DNA of 50,006 bases from Chromera velia (GCA_018398765.1 JAHBMJ010000347.1:1-50006); one strand, 5' to 3'; counted from the stretch's first letter, positions 13,601 to 25,830 are shown. Notes: a model not told the origin generated them from the sequence alone. Translations and numbers: made by a program.

Positions 13601-16600
13601 CAAAGGCTCCAGGGCTCTCCACCGGGAAAATCCCAGAGGACCAGCAGAGAGTCGTCAGGTAGCGCTTGTAGAACCCAGAGGGCTCTCTGCATTCAGGCAG
13701 AATTAAAGAGGACTGAAAGGACCGGATTGAAAAAAGATACAAAGGGAGGAGTGAAGAAGTGTGGAGGAGTTCCCCTGAAACAAACACCTTCTAGCTTCCA
13801 GTGAAAGGATGAAAGAGACACCGAGAGCGCAGGAGGAGTCCAAGGCGTCAAAATGCTCATAGAATATAGTCAAGGCACAAAACAAGGAAGGACTTTCCGA
13901 GCCTTTAGACTTCGTCAGTGGTCATTCAAAATCTCTTCCATAGGCACAAAATTAGTACTGATGTCATTCGTTTCTCACCATGAGAGTTTCCTTTCTCAGT
14001 CCATTTCATGTATCATACCATCACGCACAAGACTAAGTATCATCCCATCAGCTTCAACTGAGCGGGAGCACGGTGATTGCATGAAGATTGCACGTCTGAC
14101 CCCCGCGCTGTCCGCCAGCTACCTGACACATGCACTTTTTCTCTAATTGACTGTCAGAGTGGCAAGAAAGAGACTCACTCACACATTGTGGGCCCTCAGG
14201 TTGGAAGGCAAAAGTCTGTCGCTCTGGAGGCTCTCTGGAGTCACCCCCGCAGCGTCCAAAAGTCTCCAGAGACCCCACTTGTCCTCTATGCCCATCGCCT
14301 CGAATCTGTCTCTCGCTGTCTTCGTTTCCTTCTCCTGAAAAGCGCGGGCCTTCAACCTGTTTCCATTTCAATGAAGCAAACGTTGAATCAAGGCAGTTGA
14401 TGGAGTTATCATACACAGGACAACAATAGGGAAGGAGAAGAACCCAAAAAGGAACTACTGGTGGTACCCCCTCGCCGGACTGGGTGAGGACAAAAGAGAA
14501 AGGAAACATGCGATTGAATCTTTTAATATTGGAATCCCTTCGGTTTTTTCTGACAGCCAACTGCACCTCTCTTGCATTGAGGCTTTGCCGACTCGCCGAT
14601 CCCTCCCCTGCTTCCCTTTACACACGCGCACAATTACTTGCTTACCCACAAACTAAAGTACCCAGCGGCAAGCTGACTAAGTCCCCACACCCCAAAGGCA
14701 AGCCACCACAAATTCATGCTGCCCTGCTGAGACATTCGCGCTTTCGCACATCCACACGTGCATATTCACACTCATACTTTCCCCCCGTATGTTTCACTCA
14801 CTCAATCAATCACTGACTGACTGACAAATTGCCTGTCGCAATGTCCAGCGTTCTTTGAAACAAGGCTTTCATCTCCTCTCCGTTCCCAGTCCTCAAGGGC
14901 TCCCTTCCTCCTTTTCTTGAGGAAGTCCCGCTACCTCCGAGTCGACCTCCGTCTCCTCTGCCCTGCTGCTGGTGTCCCTCTCTCCCCTCTCCCCCCTCCT
15001 GTTCTGCTTCAGCCGAGTGCGTGTCTCTTTCTCCGTCTCTGTCTTGCGCCTGCTCTCCTTCCTCCTCCTCTCCACTCGAGTTATCGCTCTCATGGTCATC
15101 GTCCCCCCACCCAAAAAACATTTTGACCTTCTGCCAGCCGCTTTTGTCTCTTTTCCCACTTAGCCGGCTTTGATCCAAAAACGACACGGCATTGCCCGTC
15201 CGATGAGCTCCTGCATATGCAACACCAAGAAGAAAATTCACTGGCTGCAGGGGTCACAATGACGATCGTTCAATTGATGGGCGTCCTGTGTCAGAGAAGA
15301 AGAACGTGGTAACGCCAAAGGGAAATTAGGAATTGTGAATGACTTTGCCCACTCATACGAGGCACCGCTTCATGGGAGGCCTGCCGTCTTTTCAAGCTTG
15401 GAACGTTTCAATGACGATCCACTCGATCATGGAATTCTGGGATGATGGCAGCCATGCAAAAAAAAAGAGAGAGATCGAGCCTGTATGAAGAAGCTGAGTG
15501 ATGGAAAGAATTTGTGTGTGCGAGAAAGAAAAAGGGCAGTCAGACGGACCCGCCTCCTCCTCGACTTGAAGTTCGCGAATTGGCGTCCGGGACTCGTCCT
15601 CCAAATTCCTTTCGCCTGATGCCATTCCTTCATTTAAGTCGGCGGCACGGTCATCGAGTCCGGTCACCGGCTTTTTGCCTCTCTCTGCACTCTCGTCAAG
15701 GCTTCTCTCAGATCCAGGCCTGCCAGTATCATCTCTGTCTACTATCTCATCGAGGCTTTTGCGAACGACAGGTGCCCCCATTTCATCTCTGTCTGCACTC
15801 TCGTCAAGACTTTTGCGAACGACAGGCGCGCCTGTTTCATCTCTTTCTGCACTCTCGTCAAGACTTTTGCGAACGACAGGCGCGCCTGTTTCATCTCTTT
15901 CTGCACTCTCGTCAAGACTTTTGCGAACGACAGGCGCGCCTGTTTCATCTCTTTCTGCACTCTCGTCAAGACTTTTTCGAACGACAGGCGCGCTTGTTTC
16001 ATCTCTTTCTGCACTCTCGTCAAGACTTTTGCGAACGACAGGCGCGCCTGTTTCATCTCTTTCTGCACTCTCGTCAACGCTCTCATCCAGCCGAGGACCC
16101 GATCTTTCGTCCCGGTCTGATCTGTCTCGTTCCTCCCTTTCTCGTGTCAACCTTACCGCTTTCTCTTCCTCCAGAGCCCTTTTTTGGGCTTCTTCAGTGT
16201 TCCTCCGCTCCTCTTCTGCCTTCCTCTTTGCTTCTGCTTCCTCTTTTCTCTTCGCCTCCTCTTCCCTTTTCTTCGCTGCCTCCTCGTGCTCTTTCTTCAC
16301 CAGCGTCTCCGTCTTCTTGAAGGTCTCTTTGAAGCTCTCAGGGGACACATTTAGAGACGCGAAGGTCTCTAGATCCTTTGGCTCGGGAAGGAACTCTCCT
16401 CCTCCTAGGTCGTTGGCAATCTTTGCAACCATCTTTTCCAACGCCTTCTTTTTCTTTTTCTCCTGTTTCCTTCGCATCTTCTTGAAGTTGAACTTCTCGG
16501 TCTCTCTGCATCAAATTGGATCGGGCATTCAGGAAGAGGAAAAACGAGGGACGAAAAGACTTGTCGAGTGCAATCATGCAGAAAAGACACATGCATCAAC

Positions 16601-16843
16601 CAATTAATGGCAGCAACTCACTCGAAGAGACCCAAAACTTCTCTCCCTCCAAACTCAACCAGAGATCATACACAGAGCGTTAATCGTCCGCTGATGCCAA
16701 GGAGAGAAAAAAAATGAAGTGCATGTCATGCGTGCAACCGATTTCCTTCTCCTTTCCTTACTCCCTCCCTCCCTTCCTTTCCTCCCTGCTTGCTTTCTTT
16801 CTCCCTTCACCACCTTTTTTTTTTCTGAAGCTCGACGCCACGA

Positions 16844-16875
<32 letters not shown>

Positions 16876-19800
16876 TGTTTGTGTTTGTGTGTGTTTGTGT
16901 TTGTGTGTGTGGTAATGTCTCTCTGAAAATCGCAGCTTCAAACGACAAATCACGCAGAAAGACAAAAGCCTCCAAAGAGAAGAGCAGAGGAAAAATCAAA
17001 AACAAGGGAGACTGACGGTACTTCTTTGCCCTCTTTTGTTCGAGCCTCATAGAGACTTGTGTAAAAGGACTTCATCTGCTCCCTGCACGCACGCACGCAA
17101 GACCAAAAAGAAAAAGAAAGAAGGAAAGTTTGTATCCTCGGCATTCCCATTCTCGTCGCCTGCGAATTTTGGGCTTTTGTAAAGACGAGAGTCATTTGCT
17201 CTCGGTAAGTGTGTGGAATGGCTTCTTCCTCTTTCATTCTCCTCTGTTCTCTTCTCTTCTCTCCATCGGTTGAATGTGCACTCATGAAGTTTCGACTGAC
17301 GGTTTGACGTCCATCTCCAGCAATTCCTTCGGTGTCGCGTGCAGTGCCTTCAGCTCTCTGGCGGTGATTCTCGCCTTCTTGAGAAGATCCAAAACCTCCG
17401 TCCAGTCCACAGCCCTCACTTCGTCGGGGAGGTCGTCATCTGAGTTAGAGGTTCCCTTTTTGTCCGAGGAGTCCTGCAAGAACAGCAATTTGTTTCTCTC
17501 TTCACTCTCGTCCTCTCCTGCAAGGGGGGCACGGTCCTTCCTACCCCCCAGACTGGCAGACGGACTGCCTTCATGCTCAGAGACGGGGCCAGTGGACACA
17601 CTGCCGCCACCCCTCTTATCACTTTCCTCGTCTTCAACACGGGGCCCTCCAGACACGTGGTTGTCACTTCTCTCCTCAGGTTCCTCCAAAGATCTTTGAG
17701 AAGATCGCGTCTCTCCTTCTCCAGGCGCCGGCCGGACCTCCCCTCCTGGACCAGTCACTGCTCCTTCTCGAGCCAGCTCGGCAGCCCTCTTCTCCTCCTC
17801 CCTCAGCATCCGTGCAACGGGAGGGGGGTCTTTCTCTCTGCACACAAACACATCGACAAGCAAATAGATAGGGGCACACTAGAAAATGAAAGATTGAACG
17901 CTGCACAACAAGCTGGAGAGAGCTCTAATGAGTCAGAGTGCTGATCTCACATGTGTACTGCAGTCAGTGAGGCACTTCGTGACCAAACCTCATGCATGTT
18001 ACACTGGCAACCAGTCGATCACGTACCTTTTCAACCGATCGAATTCTTATTCAAACTTTCCTACGTCTTTTTCAGAACTTTCAACGTCTGGGGACTGCTA
18101 ATGAGTCATGAATAAATGCCCTTTTTATCGTCTTGCATTCCTCTTGCGACTGACACTTTTGATGTCCATAGCTGGGGGTCCCTCTTTCTCACCAACAGGT
18201 CGCGGTAGACGTCCGCCGGGTCGCTGAGCGGACAGGAAGACAGATTTGAAAAGTTCAGGTCGGAAGCAAGACGCAGGGAGACATCCAGAAAGTTAGAAAC
18301 AAACAACGGAAGAAAGGAAGGTAATATGTAAAAACAAAAAAACAGGAGCCTGTAAGCGCAAAGTCAACCGGCACCAAAGAAAGGATTAGCCCAGACAGAG
18401 GCAAAGGCTGGCCGAGAATTGGTGCGAGGAAATGAGGAGAGCAAAGAGAGATGACAGGAACCCAGACAGACACACAGGGAGGGCGGCAATCTACACACAC
18501 AAACAAAAAGGTAGACCATAGGATGGGAAGACAGGCAGGGAGAATGGGAAGCAGGTAGGTGGGTGCTGCGGGGGGTAAAACAACAAAAAGGAAAGAAAAT
18601 CTGTTTGATTGTCTCAGACAGGACATATCATTTCAAATGACTGACTGACACATCTGCCCTCTGACAGTCCTCCGGAGTGATCCCCAGTCTCTTGAGGTAA
18701 TTCATGTCGATGCCCTCCTTCACAAACACCCGCCGGAAGAGGCCCAAACTCGCACCCGTCAGGCCTGCCCCAGAGAAGGACCTCATGTTCGCCTCCTGCC
18801 GCATTCTCTCTTGGATCAATGCCTGTATCACTTTCTGATCTCCTTCTCCGTCCTCTTCTGTTTTTTCATCTTTTTCAGAGATTACATTTTGCTTCGAGCT
18901 TTGTGCGGGGAAAAGAGAGAAGGCGGCTGAGAGAACTCTGAAGGCGTTGAAGGCCATTGACAGAACTCCAGTGTCTGAGGGGCGAGGGGGCAAACCAGAG
19001 GGGCCCGAGGATTCGTGAGAGTCACTGGAACCCTTAGATGGTTTTGTGAGAGGAAATGGAGGAGAAGAGGGTGATGTTGGATTGTGCAGAGCTTTGTGTG
19101 AAGGGTTGATAAGAGGGGGTGGAGAGGCTTCGTGAAAGAAAGAGCCGAGTTTCGAAAGAAAAGAGAGGGAGGGCAGGGCAGGACTCTGTCCCCCTCTTTC
19201 TCCTTTTCTTTCTCTGGGGGACTCTTGATTGCTTGCAGTGGGGTGTCTTCCATGTGGACGTTGCAATGCAACAACCTGGCTTCTTCTTACTGAGGATCCC
19301 AACTTTCGTCCCTCTTTTATTCTCGTTCGTCTGTTCTCTCTCAGAGAAGCTTTTTCTTCCTCATTGTCCTCGTCTGTTTTTTTTCTATTTTTCAATGAAC
19401 TTGAAATGCCTTTCAGACTTCCTCTTTGGTGTCGACCGATTTGGTCTCTAGAAGCCGCCCCTCCTTCCTTGTGTACAGACGTCTCCATGCCGGCCTGTTG
19501 CAAAAACTTGCGCGGCACGTCTTCGTGTTCCCCCTCCCCCTCCCCTTCTTCTTCTGCCCCCGATGTGGATTCATTTTGGTCAGCATTTTGCTGGGGTGGT
19601 GGTGGTGGTTTGGGCATCTCTCCTATTCCCAACTCTGCATACGCCCTGTCCCATGTTTTGTCTCTGAATCTTCGGGCTGCCTCTTCGCCCTCTTCGTAGA
19701 TCTTGAACAAACTCAACTTCTCAAACTGTGTGAACAGATCGGGGTTCAAACAACGAAGAGCACAAAAATCAAAAGAACCACAAGTAGACAGAAACCTCTC

Positions 19801-22672
19801 CTCAGTAGAGCCTTCACCCCTTGTACCTTTGACCAGACAGGGCTCCGACTGTGTCACTGACGCACGCCATTTCGGGTTCTTTCTCATAAACGGACAAATA
19901 GCGTTGCAGGCCGGTATCTGCCAGTCCTCACAGAACAAGTTCTTCTCCACCTGACCCATCCATGCTCTAGGCATGTTGCACTGCTGAGATGCCTCTGCCA
20001 GTGCCGCGTTTTCTGCATTCTCCTCAAGCACCTGACCTGCCCAGCGTGCTTCGAAATCTCGGCACTGCCTTCCGCAGGCACGGAAATGCTTGCATTTTGT
20101 CGTCCAGGCCTCAAACTCTTTCTGCTGATTGCCTTCTCCACGACCATCTTCCCCCTCATCGGATCCCCTCTTCTTCTTCACCATCACCCGGCACTTCGAT
20201 GGGTAGAGGTTGGGGCAGAGGGTTTCTGCAGATGCGCAGGGCATCCATCGGTCGCAGAGAGAGGGGGGAAACCCCATTCTGCTCTCCATAGTTCGGATGT
20301 GATTCATCACACTCAGCTGAGCGTCTTCCTGCCCTTTCAAGTACTTCATTCGGAGCAGAAAGGTGCACCTGCACATTGAATCGAAGTGAAGGAGACAGAA
20401 AGAGATTGGAAAAGGGATGATGGCCAACGCGAAGGCCCCTTTTGACCCCACAATATCAAATTGGACACACATCTACATAACAAAAAGAAAGAATTGAAGT
20501 TTCCAAAACAGAAAAGAGCCTGTCTGGCACACGAACAGCCACCTGATTCAAAACTCTATTGAGGGCTCAGAGAAGCTCATCAGTAATGATCACCTTCTTT
20601 TGACGTGCAGAAAAAGAGACGAAAGAGTCAACTGACCTGTGTGCGCACTGTTCTCTCTTCGCGAACTCATCACAGAAGGGAGTGGACTCCTCCATCAAGG
20701 TCATCTCTTCAGAGACGGCAGCCCTCACAGGGCACTGCCCAACTTTCTTTCTGTACAAGTGGGCTGCCTCGTCGATCGTTGCCTTCTTCATCAACTCGCC
20801 CTTCTTTTTATCCTCGACGATCCTGCTTGCAATCATTGGGACACTCATTCGTTCGTTCGTTTGTTTGCTGTATAATTAAGATGATGTGATCTGTCACATT
20901 GTGGATGAATCCCCCCCACAACGGAGAAATGCGAGGTCGCCAATATGCACAGAACCTTGCGGCAACCACTTTGTGAACAGGCAGCAAAATCAGAATGCAA
21001 AAGAGACAGCGGGGAATAAACAAAATGCCGGAGGGAAAAAACGAGAGTGTCGCGAGGGGGCGTCAGAAGACCAACAACGAACATCTCTGGCATCGCGAAG
21101 AATCGTCTGGACATTCAAGGGCCTTGACTGGGAAGGCTAGACTTGATGTGTCCTTGCGTGCGTCAGAAGAATTGGACATTCAAGCGTATGCAAAGGGAAG
21201 AGTAGATCGACTTACGGTTTGCAAAAGCTGCAGCCAGAAAGAAAGGAAAACAAAAGAGCGTAAATTCTTTTCAAATAACAAAGCATACTGCAAAGCCCTG
21301 AAGTCTTTCTTTTCTTCTCAAGACGCACATCTGCTACACCTCTGCATCTAGACTCACTCTTCCGCTAGTTCTGGTTTTTCCTTCCTTTCTTCCCTCAACG
21401 TCCGCACACATTCAACGCGACAGATTCATGAAGCCCCGTTTCTTTCCATCCTTCTGTTTTTTCCTCTCGGCAAGTGCTTGCAAGCTGCCTGAGCATTGCT
21501 TTAGAGCTCTTTGCTGGAATCCCCCCGATGGGCTTCCTGTTCCTGTTTGATTTCTTTCCTGTTTGTCCCTTTGAGGTCGTCACAATCGCCTTTCCCAAAG
21601 GATCTCTTTGCCCTGCTGACTTGCTCAATCACGGCTTTTTGTTTTGCTGCCTTCTTCTCTACCTCCTTGACTGCCCTTGTTCGTTTGTGCCCAGGCACTC
21701 GAGCCATCCTGCCAGTGACTTGAACGGACAGTAAATGGAAAAGAGAGAAGGGAGGGAAAACAGACAGGGAAAGTGGTCGTTTCATTGGGCTGACTGAATG
21801 ACGCACTCACTGACTCACACAGTTCTGCCCTCCCTCCCTCCCTCCCTCACTCACTCACTCACTCACTCACTGACTCTTCGCAGTCCCTGCAAGCAGAACA
21901 CATATGGGAGGGGATGGGGATGTGTCACGGTGGTCCTGTTGCGAGCTTCCGCCCTCCATCTCTGAAGAGAGTTTGTGGTGCCAGGAAGGGAAAACAACTT
22001 CAAAACTGTGCGACACTCCAAGAGGAGAGAAAAAAACGTGAGGTCCATGAGTCGAGGGAGGGATCCGTCTCTTGAAGAGACGAGCGGGGCGGTATTGCAT
22101 CCTAATGACTTTCTTCGCGCAACCAGCTCTTCCAGTCAAATGATAGCCAGACTCACTCGTACTGTTCTGCCGTTTCCAAGGGAGTGCTGCAGTCAACGAA
22201 AAAAAAAGAAGACAAAGAGATGTTCACGTCAGTGGAGTCAGATCGCAAATTGAGAAGAGAGAGGACCCAGCAAAAAGGTCTCTCGCATGTCTTGCTTCAC
22301 TGCCAGACAGACCAACAGAAAATTCGAGTCCTACAAAAAGTCGATCAATCGAAAAAGGAAAAAGGAGAACAGAATGCGCGAGCAGGCGTGTCGATCGAAT
22401 CAATTGCTAATGTATTTCTGCCTGTGGTACCTTGACCTTCTTTTTTTGGCTGTCCCTGCATTTTTCAGTCAGTCTGCCTCTTTGTGTTTTGACCTCTATT
22501 TCCCCTTTGCCCATTTCCGTGATTATTTTTCTGTAAGCAATTCAACCAAAGCGGATTTGCATAAGCATTTATGCTCGTCCTTGGATGATCCCGCCGAGAA
22601 ACCAAAGGGACTGACAACAAAGTGCAAGACGACTCCCTGCAAAAAGACAAACGAGGTGAGGAAACACACACA

Positions 22673-22751
<79 letters not shown>

Positions 22752-23073
22752 GAGAGAAAGAGAGAAAGAGAGAGCGCAATCACGGACTCGAAGACTAAGA
22801 AGAGGCAAGGGCGTTGCCCATGGAAGGAGAGAGGAAGCTTCCACCATATCGATGATCAGATAAGAGAAATGGATGATGATCGAAGAGAATATCTAGAAGC
22901 ATTCTTGGCTGACCTTTCAAAGCATCTGCACAGTTCTCATTGCGGAAAACAGACCAGGCAGGAAGGTAGAGGCACAACACTTGCATGTGCAGAATGACAT
23001 TTCCACAAAGGAAGCATAGGACGAAATGGACCCAGACGTGATCAAAAGGAAAGGACACTCACTCACGCACATA

Positions 23074-23107
<34 letters not shown>

Positions 23108-23127
23108 GAGAGAGAGAGAGAAAGAGG

Positions 23128-23166
<39 letters not shown>

Positions 23167-24231
23167 GAGAGAGGCAGAGGGAACGAGACGACGAGAGAGG
23201 GCCGGACGCACTGAAAAATTGAAGGGAACCAGAAAAACGCAAATCTTCTAGAAATCCCAGGAAGAAATCTCATGGTTCAACGCAGAGAGGGGGCTGATTG
23301 GTAGACGAAAGACTGTCCGCAGGCCCAAAAGAAACGAAACGTGGAGAAAGGACGAGACTCAAGAAAATTGCCTTAAAGCACTTCACGAAATTTCATTCCA
23401 CCACTTCCGAGCGACCCATCTCGAGAGAAGCACATCAAAGAATCAAAAGGGAAATTAATTTCCAAAACTGACACTGAATGACAGTTCCTGCATGCAGACA
23501 CGACCAGACGGGAAGAGAGGCACTCGTAAACACACACAGAAAAATCGACACTGGACAGAAATTCCCCTTGCGAACGCCCACTTGGCGAAGAGAAGAAGGG
23601 AGGTCATTGTGCCGAATGACCGTACAGTTGCCAGCCTTCACGCCTCTACAGCAACAAACAGATTGAGATAGAGTCAGAGAGACACAACTTCGAATAGAGA
23701 ATCAACAGTGCCTTTTTGATATTAGTGCGTGCGTGCTTTTCGCGCTCACGTCAATTGACTGACGGCAGCATCAATCCGAGTCCCGTGGCGTCCAGGTTGT
23801 CGTCCCCCTCCACAACGAAGGTCCGACTTCGGGCAGACGCCAGTGAGAGCAGCGAAGAGATCGCTCTGCATGCTCACATATGGGAGTAACACGGTCACAC
23901 TCGCAAATTCAGTCAGATCAATTGATATATGCACACAACGGCAAACACTCACACACACATACACATGCACACACAGATCCACGGGGATGGGGTGTGGGGG
24001 TGGAGGAGACAAAGCAGGACAGAGAAGGAACGATAAAAGAAGGAGGTAGGTGCAGTGTAACCTTTCAACATAAGAAACAAACGAGCACCGGCTCGCAAAA
24101 ACTGCGCATGTATCGACTAACGCATCTGCGTGCATGTACATGTACGTGTGCGTGTGCACGTACATATATACTGTCAGAGAGCAAGGAAAAGAAACTGTCG
24201 AGACTGACATGCCAAGTAGATGGAGAATCAT
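9779..24231 (-). CDS. Large secreted Cys-rich modular protein (~1663 aa, 27 predicted exons), function unknown
   Basis: Exons in transcript order: 24209-24231, 23764-23865, 23473-23487, 22914-22925, 22616-22636, 22157-22186, 21875-21886, 21216-21227, 20637-20822, 18650-20368, 18155-18223, 17301-17837, 17017-17082, 15550-16505, 14826-15240, 14567-14615, 14183-14334, 13600-13686, 13090-13239, 12807-12839, 12502-12549, 12326-12373, 11971-12030, 11436-11465, 11070-11090, 10455-10460, 9779-9911. The total is 4992 nt and stays open. The N-terminus MILHLLGIAISSLLSLASARSRTF looks like a signal peptide; the C-terminus is ...KHICSIMEPPCDSFCKDAKGNVPEG...LMCEWTKEQFVSPLSSGCV*. The junction 15550/15240 and exon 14567-14615 (AAG acceptor) are the least certain. 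Confidence 0.8.
15680..16085 (-). repeat. Coding 54 bp minisatellite (SLDESAERDETGAPVVRK), 6 near-perfect plus 2 degenerate copies
   Basis: Unit ctctttctgcactctcgtcaagacttttgcgaacgacaggcgcgcctgtttcat repeats within exon 15550-16505. Confidence 0.95.
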
Positions 24232-24487
24232 TCCGGTAGACGGGCAGCAGCTACGCAGATACAGAGCTTTCCCTGGTCGGCGAAAAAGAAGGGAGGGATT
24301 TGCCTACAAAAATTGGGACATGCGCGCGCCCGCCCAGAGTCCGAGTAAATTTCGGACCTGTTAGCGACTCTTCAGTAGCCGTTTCATCGAAAATGTCTTG
24401 AGCTGCAGTGCACAGAAGCTGTGCAGGATCACGTTTGGTTGTCTGACTGGATGTTCTGTTTGGCCTTATTGGTTGCTGCACCCTAAC

Positions 24488-24878
24488 GCATGCGTGGGGA
24501 AGAGCTTCGAGAAAGTGATACACAATGAAATCGTGCCAGACGTCAGTTCGTGTGCTTGCCAGTGGCATATATGCATCTCCATAGAGAACTATGAATGCAT
24601 GTATATATTGAGAGAATGATTCGATCTGGAGCTGCATGTGCATGAAGTCGGACGCGTGTGCATGTATATGTATGGATGTGCTGCATGCGAATCTCTGTTG
24701 TTCGTGTATCGGTATGCATGATCGGATCGAAAGGCTGCATCCATGCATGGAGCCTAAAGAAATGCATGGAGCCGCGGTTGCATGGGGACATGCACGCAGA
24801 ATTGCATGCAGAAATATAGGTTATATATATAGATCCGCCCCGGCCTCATAAATGCATGCATGGGGACTCGGCATGCAT
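24488..24878. promoter_or_regulatory. GCATG/TGCATGCA motif cluster upstream of the secreted-protein gene
   Basis: About 14 GCATG occurrences counted by eye in ~390 bp, including TGCATGCA near 24803 and 24853, lying 250-650 bp upstream of the ATG at 24231. Confidence 0.45.
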
Positions 24879-25470
24879 AACAAAACCCTCAACCATCGTT
24901 CATACTCATAGAATCGCCGCTGATCGAAGGACATTATACTGAGTCCAAAGTACCACATAACACGCACCCCCTGCTCAAGATGGCACTCCACGGTCGTCTG
25001 AAATGACAGCTTCCTTGCTTGGGTTCTTTCGTTTGCATGCGGCTCGAAAAGCTGCTCGTTGATATAACACGTCTCCCCTGCTCAAGCCCACAAGTTTTTT
25101 CTTTCCAAACTCCTTGGCGATTCCATCTTTCTTCCTCAAAACAAGGTGAGTGCTGCTGGCAAAGTAAGAGAAGGGAGTGAGTAGAGAAGCTGGAAGTCGT
25201 ATGCTACCGAGATGCAAAGACAGATCGAAAGATTAGCGTAGACAGATCGAAAGATTCAAAGACTCCCGTCTCCTTCCGTCTCCGTGAATTTCCTTCACGT
25301 CTTCCCTTCTTTTCACCTCTATCTGCCATGTTACCAGCCTGTCGTCATCCTATCTGTCCACATTTCCTTACCTCTTGCTCTTTTTCTTTGAAATGACGGC
25401 AGCCGTGGCAGCTTCCAAACCGATTCGAGCTTGACGAGAGGAGACGGCGAATGTAGAGATCCGTCTCCCT

Positions 25471-25830
25471 TCTCGATCGTTTGGTTCAATCTTTGTCCCT
25501 TCTCGATCGTTTGGTTCAAGCTTTGTCCCTTCTCGATTGTTTGGTTCAATCTTTGTCCCTTCTCGATCGTTTGGTTCAATCTTTGTCCCTTCTCGATCGT
25601 TTGGTTCAATCTTTGTCCCTTCTCGATCGTTTGGTTCCATCTTTGTCCCTTCTCGATCGTTTGGTCCAATCTTTGTCCCTTCTCGATCGTTTGGTTCAAT
25701 CTTTGTCCCTTCTCGATCGTTTGGTTCAATCTTTGTCCCTTCTCGATCGTTTGGTTCAATCTTTGTCCCTTCTCGATCGTTTGGTTCAATCTTTGTCCCT
25801 TCTCGATCGTTTGGTTCAATCTTTGTCCCA
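25471..25830. repeat. 30 bp minisatellite, 12 copies
   Basis: Unit tctcgatcgtttggttcaatctttgtccct, nearly identical copies with isolated substitutions. Confidence 0.97.

Noticed and set aside
21819..21824. Additional candidate micro-exons in gene 2 (21819-21824, 23067-23075, 14646-14672)
   Set aside because: In frame, but acceptors are purine-rich or GAG-type and they are not needed for a coherent protein.
25471..25830. CRISPR-like appearance of the 30 bp repeat
   Set aside because: Head-to-tail repeats with no unique spacers, no cas genes, eukaryotic context.
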